DNA of 64,000 bases, from NCBI GenBank assembly GCA_965230895.1, contig OZ246394.1, forward strand, positions 377,316 through 441,315. The letters run 5' to 3'. Both the position numbers and the translations under genes were made by a program. The notes below the pieces were generated by a model. It was not told the DNA's origin and did not search any database. It saw only the letters and a list, made by a program, of their open reading frames with translations. The DNA is from an uncultured Gammaproteobacteria bacterium. GTDB lineage: Bacteria; Patescibacteriota; Microgenomatia; Levybacterales; UBA12049. Shown piece after piece: positions 39,261 to 48,368 of this stretch (position 1 is its first letter; each line of letters opens with the position of its first letter).

Positions 39261-42035
39261 TTAGTTAGCTGATAGACTAACAGAGTCGATATAGATAGGG
39301 AATGTACTGTTTGGTGTTTTGTAATACTGAAGTCGTACACTTTTAACTGTTGCACTCGTAGGAGTATACGAGAAAGTTTTTGTTCCTGTTGATGCTCCAT
39401 TAACCATACCTTTCCATTGTCCTGAGACCCAAGTACCTGCTGCATCATATTCATCGATATAGAATCCGAATTCACCTGTTCCTGCAAGCGCCATTATGTA
39501 TTGTGTCCATGTATATGTTTTTGTTGAATCAACTGAAACACTAGAACTGAATGCGTGAGCGTAAGCTGTATTTGCTGGAATGAACAGACTGTTCGCTCCA
39601 TTGTTTCCCTTTGATGTAGTATCAATTGTTGTAACATCTCCTGTGTCATGAGTCCAATTTGATGCAAATCCACCTGCAACTGTTTCAAAACTACCGTTTG
39701 GAATTAAGTTAGTTACTACAGGTGTTGTAGTTGGTGTAGGCGTAACAGTACTTGTTGGTGTCACAGTTGGTGTTGGTGAAACTGTACCTGTAGGTGCTGC
39801 TGTGTTTGTCATACTATAGTTGTCTACAAATGCTGTCCCGTTAGAGTTTGCAGCCATGTATGTTTGAATGCCAATTCTTGATACAAGTGCACTAGTAGCT
39901 TTATATGTTTTTTCAATGCTTGTTACTGCACCATTTACAACTGATCCCAACCATTGACCAGAAATCCATGTTCCATTTATGTCATATTCATCGATATAGA
40001 AGCCAAGCTCCCCTGATGTAACTGCTGTTGCATCAGCTGTAGCTTTAAGCAAGTATGTAGCTGTTGTATCAATAGCGTTTAGGTTGTAGAACAAGTGAGA
40101 TGCTGTTGTTGTTCCTGTAAATTTAACTGCATTTTGGCCACCATTTGCATCAGCGACAACGTTTGCAGGTTTATCAGTAGTCCAACCATTTGAGATCCCT
40201 TGATCAAATGAACCATTTGTAATTACGTTCGTTGCTGCAGGTGTCGGAGTTGCAACCGCTGGACCAGTTAAACTATAGTTGTCAACATATGCTGTTCCGT
40301 TAGAGTTTGCAGCCATGTATGTTTGAATACCAATTCTCGCAACGAGATTACTTGTAGCTTTATAAGCTTTTTGGAAAGTTGACGTTACACCGTTAGATAC
40401 ATTACCAAGCCACTGTCCTGATATCCAAGTACCTGCTGCATTGTATTCATCAATATAAAAACCAAGTTCTCCACTAGTAAGACCATTTGCGTTTACCGTT
40501 GAACTAAGAAGGTATGTAGCTGTTGTATCAATAGCGTTTAGGTTGTAGAACAAGTGAGATGCTGTTGTTGTTCCTGTAAATTTAACTGCATTTTGGCCAC
40601 CATTTGCATCAGCGACAACGTTTGCAGGTTTATCAGTAGTCCAACCATTTGAGATCCCTTGATCAAATGAACCATTTGTAATTACGTTCGTTGCTGCAGG
40701 TGTTGGCGTAGGTGTACCACTTACACTAGCTGTAGGAGTTGGAGTTACACTTGTTGTTGGCGCAGGTGTACCATCCAAGTTGTATACTTGAACACTATCA
40801 ACATATGCTGTACCTGTTGCACCCGCTGTAAGGTATGTCTGTACTCGGATAGTATTTACCAATTCAGAAGTTGCGTTATAAAGCTTTGTGAAGAATCCAA
40901 TTGTACCATTTGTAACCATACCCAACCATTGTCCTGAGGTCCAGTTACCATTTGCATCATATTCATCGACGTAGAATCCGAGTTCACCTGATGTTAAGCC
41001 AAGCGAATTAACGAAAGCGTCCAATACATAACTTGAATTGTATGATACTTGTACATTTCCTGAGAATAAATGTCCTTCAGTTGCAGTTCCAGTCAAGTTA
41101 ATAGATTGTACTGGTGAACCGTAATTACCATTATTTCCATTGTCAGCAGCTACACCAGCAGCATTATCTGTTGTCCAACCGTCAGCGAGACCATTTTCAA
41201 ATCCTGAGTTTTGCAAGATGTTCACTCCTGGGATTGTAATTCCCTGTTCAGTTGTAACGACTTGGATTTGTCCTGCATTAACCTTTGTTTGAACATAACT
41301 CGCCATTGTTGTAAGGTTTGCTGTTGTTACTGTATATTCATAATTTGGATTTTTCTTTGTTGCTGTGTCATGGAACACAAGGATCAACCATCGCTTTTCA
41401 GTGATTGCTTGATCAACCCATGCTTGGACTTGTGCTGATGTTGTCGCGTCATTAACGTCTTGTACCATTAATATATCTTTATGAAGTGGGTTACTATTTA
41501 ATGCATCTCGATCTGCAAAACCTCTGTGAGACTTATACAATTTCAAAATTTCAGTTAATGTCATGGTATCGTATGCACCAAACGGTGAAGCAAAGTTAGT
41601 AACGTTTAATCCATTTGCTTTAAATGCTGCGTTTGAATTTGCAAGTTCTGCTACGTTTTGTTCTCGTGTAATTGTAGGCATTTCAGCATGGTCTACTGTG
41701 TGACCACCGATTTCCCAACCATAAACGTTTTGGAGTTCTCGTACTTGGTCCCAAGTAATTCCTGGTTGGTTATCATCTAGCGTAGCTGTACCATCTGGAA
41801 CACCAGATGTGAGGTAGAGAACACCATCAATACCATGTGCTTCAAGAATTGGAGCTGCGAGTGTTCGAGTTGATGCAAATCCATCGTCAAATGTGAAGGA
41901 AACTCGTGCACGATCAAGATCTGAGATACTATTTAATCGAGCTGCTTGAGCAATTGGTGCTTGCGCCAAGAAGAGGACCGCACTCAAAACGATTGCGGTT
42001 AATGCTCGTACTATTTTATTAGTTAATGTATTCAT
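39261..42035 (-). CDS. Secreted polysaccharide deacetylase with four CBM4/9-like repeats
   Basis: Paralog of 32913-35243; FTFDDG, EIGGHTVDH; four GE(L/F)GFY(V/I)DEY domains. Confidence 0.88.
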   Translation of the reverse strand: MNTLTNKIVRALTAIVLSAVLFLAQAPIAQAARLNSISDLDRARVSFTFDDGFASTRTLAAPILEAHGIDGVLYLTSGVPDGTATLDDNQPGITWDQVRELQNVYGWEIGGHTVDHAEMPTITREQNVAELANSNAAFKANGLNVTNFASPFGAYDTMTLTEILKLYKSHRGFADRDALNSNPLHKDILMVQDVNDATTSAQVQAWVDQAITEKRWLILVFHDTATKKNPNYEYTVTTANLTTMASYVQTKVNAGQIQVVTTEQGITIPGVNILQNSGFENGLADGWTTDNAAGVAADNGNNGNYGSPVQSINLTGTATEGHLFSGNVQVSYNSSYVLDAFVNSLGLTSGELGFYVDEYDANGNWTSGQWLGMVTNGTIGFFTKLYNATSELVNTIRVQTYLTAGATGTAYVDSVQVYNLDGTPAPTTSVTPTPTASVSGTPTPTPAATNVITNGSFDQGISNGWTTDKPANVVADANGGQNAVKFTGTTTASHLFYNLNAIDTTATYLLSSTVNANGLTSGELGFYIDEYNAAGTWISGQWLGNVSNGVTSTFQKAYKATSNLVARIGIQTYMAANSNGTAYVDNYSLTGPAVATPTPAATNVITNGSFDQGISNGWTTDKPANVVADANGGQNAVKFTGTTTASHLFYNLNAIDTTATYLLKATADATAVTSGELGFYIDEYDINGTWISGQWLGSVVNGAVTSIEKTYKATSALVSRIGIQTYMAANSNGTAFVDNYSMTNTAAPTGTVSPTPTVTPTSTVTPTPTTTPVVTNLIPNGSFETVAGGFASNWTHDTGDVTTIDTTSKGNNGANSLFIPANTAYAHAFSSSVSVDSTKTYTWTQYIMALAGTGEFGFYIDEYDAAGTWVSGQWKGMVNGASTGTKTFSYTPTSATVKSVRLQYYKTPNSTFPIYIDSVSLSAN
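40053..40703. repeat. Identical 192-bp direct repeat (40053-40244 and 40512-40703)
   Basis: Base-by-base identical; offset 459 nt = 153 codons. Confidence 0.9.
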
Positions 42036-42141
42036 ATATATTTATTAACAATTAAATGTTAAATTTATAAGACTCATAGTAACATATATAGAACCTTATG
42101 TCAATATATTAAATAACTTATAGTTATATATTGACTTGAAC

Positions 42142-42732
42142 TTATTTTTCGTTAGAAAGTTCTATCTTTACTAATGCAGCTTTTACAATATATTGCTTGT
42201 TCGAGAACGTTTCATCTGATGTAACAAGAGTCAAAATAGGTGTTTTTGTTGGTGCAAAAACATTTGTATCTGTTGTTTTTGCCAATCTTGAAGAAGTTAC
42301 TTTATATGTTGCTTTTTGACCGTTACCATAGACTACAATTTCAGTATTATTATTAAGTTGTTGGATTCGAGTAAATCCATCAAGTCTATCGTTTGCAAAA
42401 AGTCCAACGTTTCCTTCTTTATCATTGACCAAGCTTGTGCCTTCAGCAAAGTTGGCAACATGTGGAAGAAGCTCCCAAGTACCATCTCTTAATGGTACTG
42501 AAAATACTGGAAGGTCAATTTCTACAGAAGAGATAACGATTCGTTCAGGAGTGAAAGCTGATAATGTCTTAACAGGAGTAACTGTTGGTGTCTTTGATGC
42601 AAATGGCGTTGCTGTCAATTCTTGAGAATTAGCTACAGTAGATGACACACCAGTACCAAGCGCACCAAGTTGCGCGATACTAGCAAAAGCCGCCAAAACA
42701 AAAATAGTTGTATAAACACTTACTTTCTTCAT
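42142..42732 (-). CDS. Sortase-like protein lacking catalytic residues
   Basis: Paralog of 30688-31308; GLFAND (H lost), LTLVTSD (C lost), KQYIVKA (R lost). Confidence 0.8.
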   Translation of the reverse strand: MKKVSVYTTIFVLAAFASIAQLGALGTGVSSTVANSQELTATPFASKTPTVTPVKTLSAFTPERIVISSVEIDLPVFSVPLRDGTWELLPHVANFAEGTSLVNDKEGNVGLFANDRLDGFTRIQQLNNNTEIVVYGNGQKATYKVTSSRLAKTTDTNVFAPTKTPILTLVTSDETFSNKQYIVKAALVKIELSNEK

Positions 42733-42745
42733 ATCGTTAATTGAC

Positions 42746-42931
42746 TTATTTAGCTCTATTAACTAAATATCGACTGATTTGACCTGCTAAGATAACAAGC
42801 CATACGACATTAAGTACTATAAAACCTGCAAGTACAATCGGATTACTTAAGTCAGCAAAGAATGCTCCTGCTGCTGAAGTAGCCGGTAATACCGCTGCGC
42901 CTAATACTTGTCCTTTTCCGTAATCTGTCAT
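42746..42931 (-). CDS. 61-aa LPATS micro-peptide with C-terminal TM
   Basis: MTDYGKGQVLGAAVLPATSAAG...TM...SRYLVNRAK; SD GAAAGGAG upstream. Confidence 0.88.
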   Translation of the reverse strand: MTDYGKGQVLGAAVLPATSAAGAFFADLSNPIVLAGFIVLNVVWLVILAGQISRYLVNRAK

Positions 42932-42946
42932 AGCTTTCTCCTTTCG

Positions 42947-44209
42947 TTAGTTTTTTGTACCCCACTTTGTTGAGAATCCTGCCTTATTGAAGGCTGCGAG
43001 TCCCCAGTTATATGGAGCATTGAATAATGATATTCTTGTTGCAATTGGCTTAAAGACTTTGTTGTATACGATAAATAAGTATGATCCGAGCAAGATAAGA
43101 CTTAACAAGTTACTGTAAATAAGTTCTGGAAGAACGGTTAACTTCATTAACCAATCTCTCTTATCACTATCTTCATATAAAGATAATGAAACGACATTAA
43201 AGATGAATGCTACAAGGAAGTTGAATAATGAAAGAGCGAATAATATAAGTACTGTTTCTGGATTACTTGTTTCAGTTCGTACAAAAAAGAATGACAACAC
43301 AATCAATCCAAAAAGACTGATGAACAACATATGTCCGATAAGATCTTGGTAAATAACATCAAATTTCTTCCAGAATTCACCCAACACATGGAGTCCACCA
43401 CTTACCCATCGAACACGCTGTTTCCAGAGTGCTTCGATTGATTCAGGAACTGTTGTCCATGCAATTGCTTTTTGAGCAATCTTTACATTCCAACCTTCAC
43501 TCTTCAATCGTGCTGTAATATCATAGTCTTCAATCAAGTGGCCTTTTGTAAAACCATTAATTTCTTTAACTGCTGCTGTTCGAAAAGCTGTTAACATGCC
43601 ATGCATTACAAGTGGTCCTTTTAAGAAACCATTGTCAGCAATCTTTGTGATATTAAAGTTATGGTATTCAAGTGCTTGCAATCGAGTTAAGAAGTTTTTG
43701 TTCTTATTAATAACTCGTACTTCAGAACAGACGGCACCGACTGTATCGTCAGAATACAATGTCGCAACCATTTGTGGAACTGTGTTCTTAGTAATGATCA
43801 CATCATCATCGAAAGTGAAGATAACATCTGGAACATGCTTGAGACTCAAGACATATTCAATACCATGATTTAAGGCCGCTGCTTTTAACTCATTTTTAGG
43901 AGTTCGCAAATAAGCCATATTATTGTGTTCGTTTGCAAGAGCTTTGATTTTGTTAAGTGTCTTAAGATTTTTTTCAGTTTCTGGAGTACAATCATCAATG
44001 ACAACAAGAATTGCTTCAGGATGCCAATCAAGAATAGACTTAATTAGGTTATAGGTCATATCAGTTGGAGTATGAGTTGGTACCAGAATTGCAGGAAGTT
44101 TACTCTGAATAAGCTTCTCACTCATCAAGATTATTTCCTTTTTAGGAGCGAAAAAGTTCACGGATTCTTCCGCGATTCGTTTGAATGTATTTGTATTTTT
44201 TCTCTTCAT
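42947..44209 (-). CDS. Processive GT2 glycosyltransferase (PgaC/IcaA-like)
   Basis: VIDD, KAAALN, FDDD, IEDY, QRVRW; paralog of 31535-32791; TTGACA-17-TATAAT promoter. Confidence 0.88.
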   Translation of the reverse strand: MKRKNTNTFKRIAEESVNFFAPKKEIILMSEKLIQSKLPAILVPTHTPTDMTYNLIKSILDWHPEAILVVIDDCTPETEKNLKTLNKIKALANEHNNMAYLRTPKNELKAAALNHGIEYVLSLKHVPDVIFTFDDDVIITKNTVPQMVATLYSDDTVGAVCSEVRVINKNKNFLTRLQALEYHNFNITKIADNGFLKGPLVMHGMLTAFRTAAVKEINGFTKGHLIEDYDITARLKSEGWNVKIAQKAIAWTTVPESIEALWKQRVRWVSGGLHVLGEFWKKFDVIYQDLIGHMLFISLFGLIVLSFFFVRTETSNPETVLILFALSLFNFLVAFIFNVVSLSLYEDSDKRDWLMKLTVLPELIYSNLLSLILLGSYLFIVYNKVFKPIATRISLFNAPYNWGLAAFNKAGFSTKWGTKN

Positions 44210-44266
44210 GAAGTGTGATTATATAGGACGTCTTATAAGATGTCAATAGGGTAATATTATGGGGTA

Positions 44267-45532
44267 TTAATTATTAATTTTAGGATCGTAGTTATCTACG
44301 ATTTCTAAGAAATCTGATGTCGCTTCAATATACTCACGATACTGATCAGTTGTTGTAAGTGGTCCATCGTTTAAAAGCGCTGGATCATTCCTTCGATCAA
44401 GAATATTTTCAAAAACTTCGACTGGACCACCTCGTGATTGGACAAATGGAGCAAAAGTAAGCCGTAAATCTCCTTTAGATGTAATATCAGTCAAAATCCG
44501 TACAGATGGTTGTCGCGTAATTTCTTTTGGATCATCAATCCCATAACGCTTCGTAAGTTCCTCTTGAGCACCTGGTTGTCCTGCAAGTCGTTTCGCAATC
44601 CAAGAATAACCTCGATGGATTCCTTCTTTCAAAGCAAGTATGCGTTGAAGGTTTTCTGGATCAGTCATATTATCAATATTTATTCCTTGCTCTCCTCCGA
44701 AAACAACAGTAAATCCATAAGGTGCAGTTTGGCGTTGCGCGATGGTAAACCCTTCTGTTGGCATACCTTTATGTTCGAGTACTGCTTTGGCTGTTCGGTC
44801 AAGGACGCCAATGACGCGATCCCCCAATTCTCTATCTTGCATTACCCGTTGCTCATCTTCCATATTTGGAACTTTTTCTTCTGTTGGTACGAAGTTATTC
44901 AAGTTGTGGATTGTTGCATGGAAATGTGGTAGGCCAATACTTTGACTTGTTGCAGGTGCAATTGCACTTGCTGAGTTTTCCATAATAATCGCTTTTTTAC
45001 GACTACCCTTTTGATTTTGTCCAGTGACATCTTTATGCATTTCCTGGAGGAGATACATCTGGGATGTTACATATCTGAATTTTGTTTCGTCTGAAAGTTC
45101 TGTCCAAAGAAGAGGAACTGGCATACCTGATTTATCAACTTCTGGTAAGCCATTATGAAGAACATCTTCAGTAGCTCCAACTCCAAGCACATCAATTTCT
45201 CCATACGCACTTGTAGGCTCTGATAAGGAGAATGTATCGCCCACTACTTCGTGAACATATGTGCCATTTTCTTTCAATCCAGGAGTTAGAAAAATATCTT
45301 TATAATAGTCAGCGTTATTCATATTTAGAATTCGCTGACGAAGCTCACCTGGATCATTTTTAAATGAAGTAGTTGCTTTGGAATCAGTAGCGTACACACT
45401 CGTTCTCATTCCTGTTGGCATGATTTTTTCGTGGGCTCCAGCTAACAAGCTAGACATGAGATTATCTACAGTTGCAATCCTTTGAGGACCTTCTGGATGA
45501 ATATGGCGAGTTCGAGCTTCTAGTACTGGCAT
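44267..45532 (-). CDS. Hypothetical protein with HIT-like motif
   Basis: 421 aa; ENS...SQSIGLPHFH; directly downstream of the glmU-like gene. Confidence 0.6.
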   Translation of the reverse strand: MPVLEARTRHIHPEGPQRIATVDNLMSSLLAGAHEKIMPTGMRTSVYATDSKATTSFKNDPGELRQRILNMNNADYYKDIFLTPGLKENGTYVHEVVGDTFSLSEPTSAYGEIDVLGVGATEDVLHNGLPEVDKSGMPVPLLWTELSDETKFRYVTSQMYLLQEMHKDVTGQNQKGSRKKAIIMENSASAIAPATSQSIGLPHFHATIHNLNNFVPTEEKVPNMEDEQRVMQDRELGDRVIGVLDRTAKAVLEHKGMPTEGFTIAQRQTAPYGFTVVFGGEQGINIDNMTDPENLQRILALKEGIHRGYSWIAKRLAGQPGAQEELTKRYGIDDPKEITRQPSVRILTDITSKGDLRLTFAPFVQSRGGPVEVFENILDRRNDPALLNDGPLTTTDQYREYIEATSDFLEIVDNYDPKINN

Positions 45533-45543
45533 AAAAAACCTCC

Positions 45544-46305
45544 CTAAACGTTTTTAACTTCTGAATAGAGCTCATTCGCACGTGCCACATCCGCCTGAGT
45601 GGAAACGCCAAAAAATTGTAATGCATCTTCAAGAAGGTGTGTACCAACCTTCTTATCTTCTTCCAACGCCATATTAATGACAGCTGGGAGATAGTATTCT
45701 TGTGTTACTTCTGAAGGGACAACGTTTGGAAGATTTGTTTGCAAGAATTCTCGATCAAAAACATAAAATCCTGTGTTTACTTCTTTAACATGTCGTTCTT
45801 TAACTGTTGCGTCTTTTTCTTCAACAATTTTTTCGAAATCACCATGTGCATCATAGACGATTCTTCCAAAACCAGTCGGATCTTGTTTTAGAACTGTAAC
45901 GATTGTAACTTTGTTGTGTTCTCTTTTGTGTTTTGACAAAACATCTTTAAAGGTTTTCGCTTCGTAGAACATACTGTCATCACCATTAACGACGAGGACA
46001 TTTTCTACATCAGGGTTAAGAACTGGGATTGCTGCTTCTACAGCTTTTGCTGTACCGTAAGCTTCTCCTTGGCGAGCAATTGTAGAATAAGGTTCAGCGA
46101 CAGGTGCAACAAGTTCTGCACCATGGTTTACAACTGTGACAATTTGACCGAACTTCAAAGAAGTAAGCATTCGTAATGGTTTAACAAGCATTGGTTCCCC
46201 ATCGATTTCATGGAGTACCTTCGGCAAGTCAGATTTCATTCTGCTACCACGTCCAGCTGCTAAAACAACTGCTGCGTCTCTTCCAAAGTTTTCTTTATTA
46301 GCCAT
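45544..46305 (-). CDS. glmU: GlmU-like N-acetylglucosamine-1-phosphate uridyltransferase domain only
   Basis: LAAGRGSRMKSDLPKVLH, GTA, NGD, GFGRI, IVEEKDA, EVNTG, EYYL; no hexapeptide acetyltransferase domain. Confidence 0.8.
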   Translation of the reverse strand: MANKENFGRDAAVVLAAGRGSRMKSDLPKVLHEIDGEPMLVKPLRMLTSLKFGQIVTVVNHGAELVAPVAEPYSTIARQGEAYGTAKAVEAAIPVLNPDVENVLVVNGDDSMFYEAKTFKDVLSKHKREHNKVTIVTVLKQDPTGFGRIVYDAHGDFEKIVEEKDATVKERHVKEVNTGFYVFDREFLQTNLPNVVPSEVTQEYYLPAVINMALEEDKKVGTHLLEDALQFFGVSTQADVARANELYSEVKNV

Positions 46306-46467
46306 AAGGTGAGCAGTATAACATAGGCTTATAATAATTGCAATAGGTATATTTAAAACTCTTACAATAGATTCTTCATGGATGACTTTGATATGAAAAG
46401 TGACAGATCACAATCTTAGTCCCATAATAGAATTGACAAATAATTATTATGGGATATAATTCGTTTT

Positions 46468-47175
46468 ATGCCAGAGATTATACGAAATAGGCTACGCGCT
46501 CAAGAACTATTAAATACTGTCGCAGAAAATAGCGGTGTTCCCTCGTCATTAAAACGGAATGGAATAATACTTGGATCTGGAGATGAAAATATTGTTTTCC
46601 CGCATCCCAGTAGACAGGATAAAGTATATGCCGTTACATATTATATGGGATTAGACGCAGAAAAAGCGAAAGAATCCTTTTATGCTCATAAGATCTTAGC
46701 GACAATTTTTCCATACAATTTTCCGCCTCTGCACGCAGCTTATGGTAAAAAATTCAAGTCATTTAGTGATCCGACTTTCGCAACCGAACTCTCTGGAACC
46801 GTTCGTGGGAGACTTGATCTCGACGCAGGTACGCCTGTGAGTCATCCTTTTAGCGCGGTTCAAACGTTCTTTGATGATCTCGGCTTAAATAGTAATAGTG
46901 TGCTTGATCTTCATGGAAGCAATGTTTTAACTGCAGCAGATGGCGGAGAATATTATACTGATATTGTAAAGTCTCCAGCGTTTATTCGAACAATCCCTGA
47001 AGAGGTATTATCTGGTTGGATGTCGTCTCATAAAGTAACAGACAAGAAAACACACGAAGAACGTGAGTACAATCAAAATGAAATGAATACTGTTATGAAA
47101 TCGCTGCGAAGATTAAAAGAACTGAGTCCTATTAACAGAACATACACATTCGTCGACGACGGAGAAGAGACGTAA
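46468..47175 (+). CDS. Hypothetical protein, possible kinase-like fold
   Basis: LGSGDENIVF, KVYA, DLHGSNVL...YYTD; TTGACA/TATAAT promoter. Confidence 0.55.
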   Translation: MPEIIRNRLRAQELLNTVAENSGVPSSLKRNGIILGSGDENIVFPHPSRQDKVYAVTYYMGLDAEKAKESFYAHKILATIFPYNFPPLHAAYGKKFKSFSDPTFATELSGTVRGRLDLDAGTPVSHPFSAVQTFFDDLGLNSNSVLDLHGSNVLTAADGGEYYTDIVKSPAFIRTIPEEVLSGWMSSHKVTDKKTHEEREYNQNEMNTVMKSLRRLKELSPINRTYTFVDDGEET

Positions 47176-47180
47176 AAAGA

Positions 47181-48218
47181 TTATTTTCGAAGAACTTCTT
47201 TGAATGCTTCAGCAAGTTTTGCTGGATCATGTCGAGCTGATTCAGCTCCATCTTTATTTACAATCTTCAAAGCATCATGAGTGATAATTTCTATGCCATC
47301 TTTTTCCGCATCTTTCAAAGTTTTATAATCCCACCCTAAGAAATGTGAATGCTCTGTTGCGTAGAGTTCAGCAGCTCGTTGATGTCTTTCTTCAAATTGC
47401 GCTCTTGTTACAGCTGGGACAATAAGGCCACTTGGTCTTCTCCCTGCGTATTCATCAAGTTTATCGGCAAAATCTGTTGGTCTGAATTCATGTGTTTCAT
47501 TTCGCGTACTTGTCATTGGTGTGACCATATAAATATCTGCATTACTTCCTGCCACTGCTTCTCTCATCCCTTCAGGTAAAAGAGGTGCAAGTACTGAACC
47601 GTAGAGACTTCCTGTTGAGAAAATAACTATTTCAGCCTCCTTAACAGCTTCTAAAGCTTCTGGGTAAGCTGGAACATCTGGAGCTAAATGCATTTCACTT
47701 ACCAGATCAGCAGACATACTTTGTTCATCTAATTTATGTTCTCCAAGAAATGTTCTACCATGTTCTGTCGTAAATTCAATATTACTTGGTACTGTTGATG
47801 CTGGTAAGACTCTTCCACGAAGATGAATGTTCATCTTTTGTAAAAAATCTTCAACTTTTGCATATGCATTCTCTGGAGTAAAATACTGTTCCATTATTTC
47901 TTGCCCGATCACATTATCACTTACGTCATGTCTACTATTAAATAGCTCTTTCATTGCTTCTCGTGCTTGAGGGTTTCCATTGGGAGTAGTCAACGACATG
48001 AGAACACGCATTGAATCACTGTGTGCAATTTCTTGTCCGCGTGCTGCATGTCTTCGTCTTCCTGTTGCTCCACCAGAATCAAATGGAGTTACAACAGCAT
48101 TTACATGATCCACTTCTCCTGTTAAGAAAAGAGATTCATGCGTTAAAGGAGATCCTGTGCCTCCACCGAATGTTACAATTTTTGGTTTTTCTGCGACTGA
48201 TAGCCTTTCGTTTGCCAT
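47181..48218 (-). CDS. yvcK: YvcK/GlmR (CofD-like) UDP-GlcNAc-binding protein
   Basis: FGGGTG, DSGGATG, GRVLP, GEH, GSLYGSV, ET, RHDPAKLA. Confidence 0.85.
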   Translation of the reverse strand: MANERLSVAEKPKIVTFGGGTGSPLTHESLFLTGEVDHVNAVVTPFDSGGATGRRRHAARGQEIAHSDSMRVLMSLTTPNGNPQAREAMKELFNSRHDVSDNVIGQEIMEQYFTPENAYAKVEDFLQKMNIHLRGRVLPASTVPSNIEFTTEHGRTFLGEHKLDEQSMSADLVSEMHLAPDVPAYPEALEAVKEAEIVIFSTGSLYGSVLAPLLPEGMREAVAGSNADIYMVTPMTSTRNETHEFRPTDFADKLDEYAGRRPSGLIVPAVTRAQFEERHQRAAELYATEHSHFLGWDYKTLKDAEKDGIEIITHDALKIVNKDGAESARHDPAKLAEAFKEVLRK

Positions 48219-48368
48219 AAGAAGAGGATTATAGCAATATTTTTACTATGAGTCAATATGTATGCATAATATTGCATTAATATAATATGTACTATTTATA
48301 TATGTATAAATATGAATTATATATCCTTTTATATTGACTTATGGGACTATATATAGTAAAATCCTCGA

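Noticed and set aside
42932-42949. GT2 stop is in frame with the downstream micro-peptide, suggesting readthrough to a GT2-LPATS fusion
   Set aside because: The stop is TAA, the peptide has its own SD, and the other cassette is out of frame (41-nt gap)
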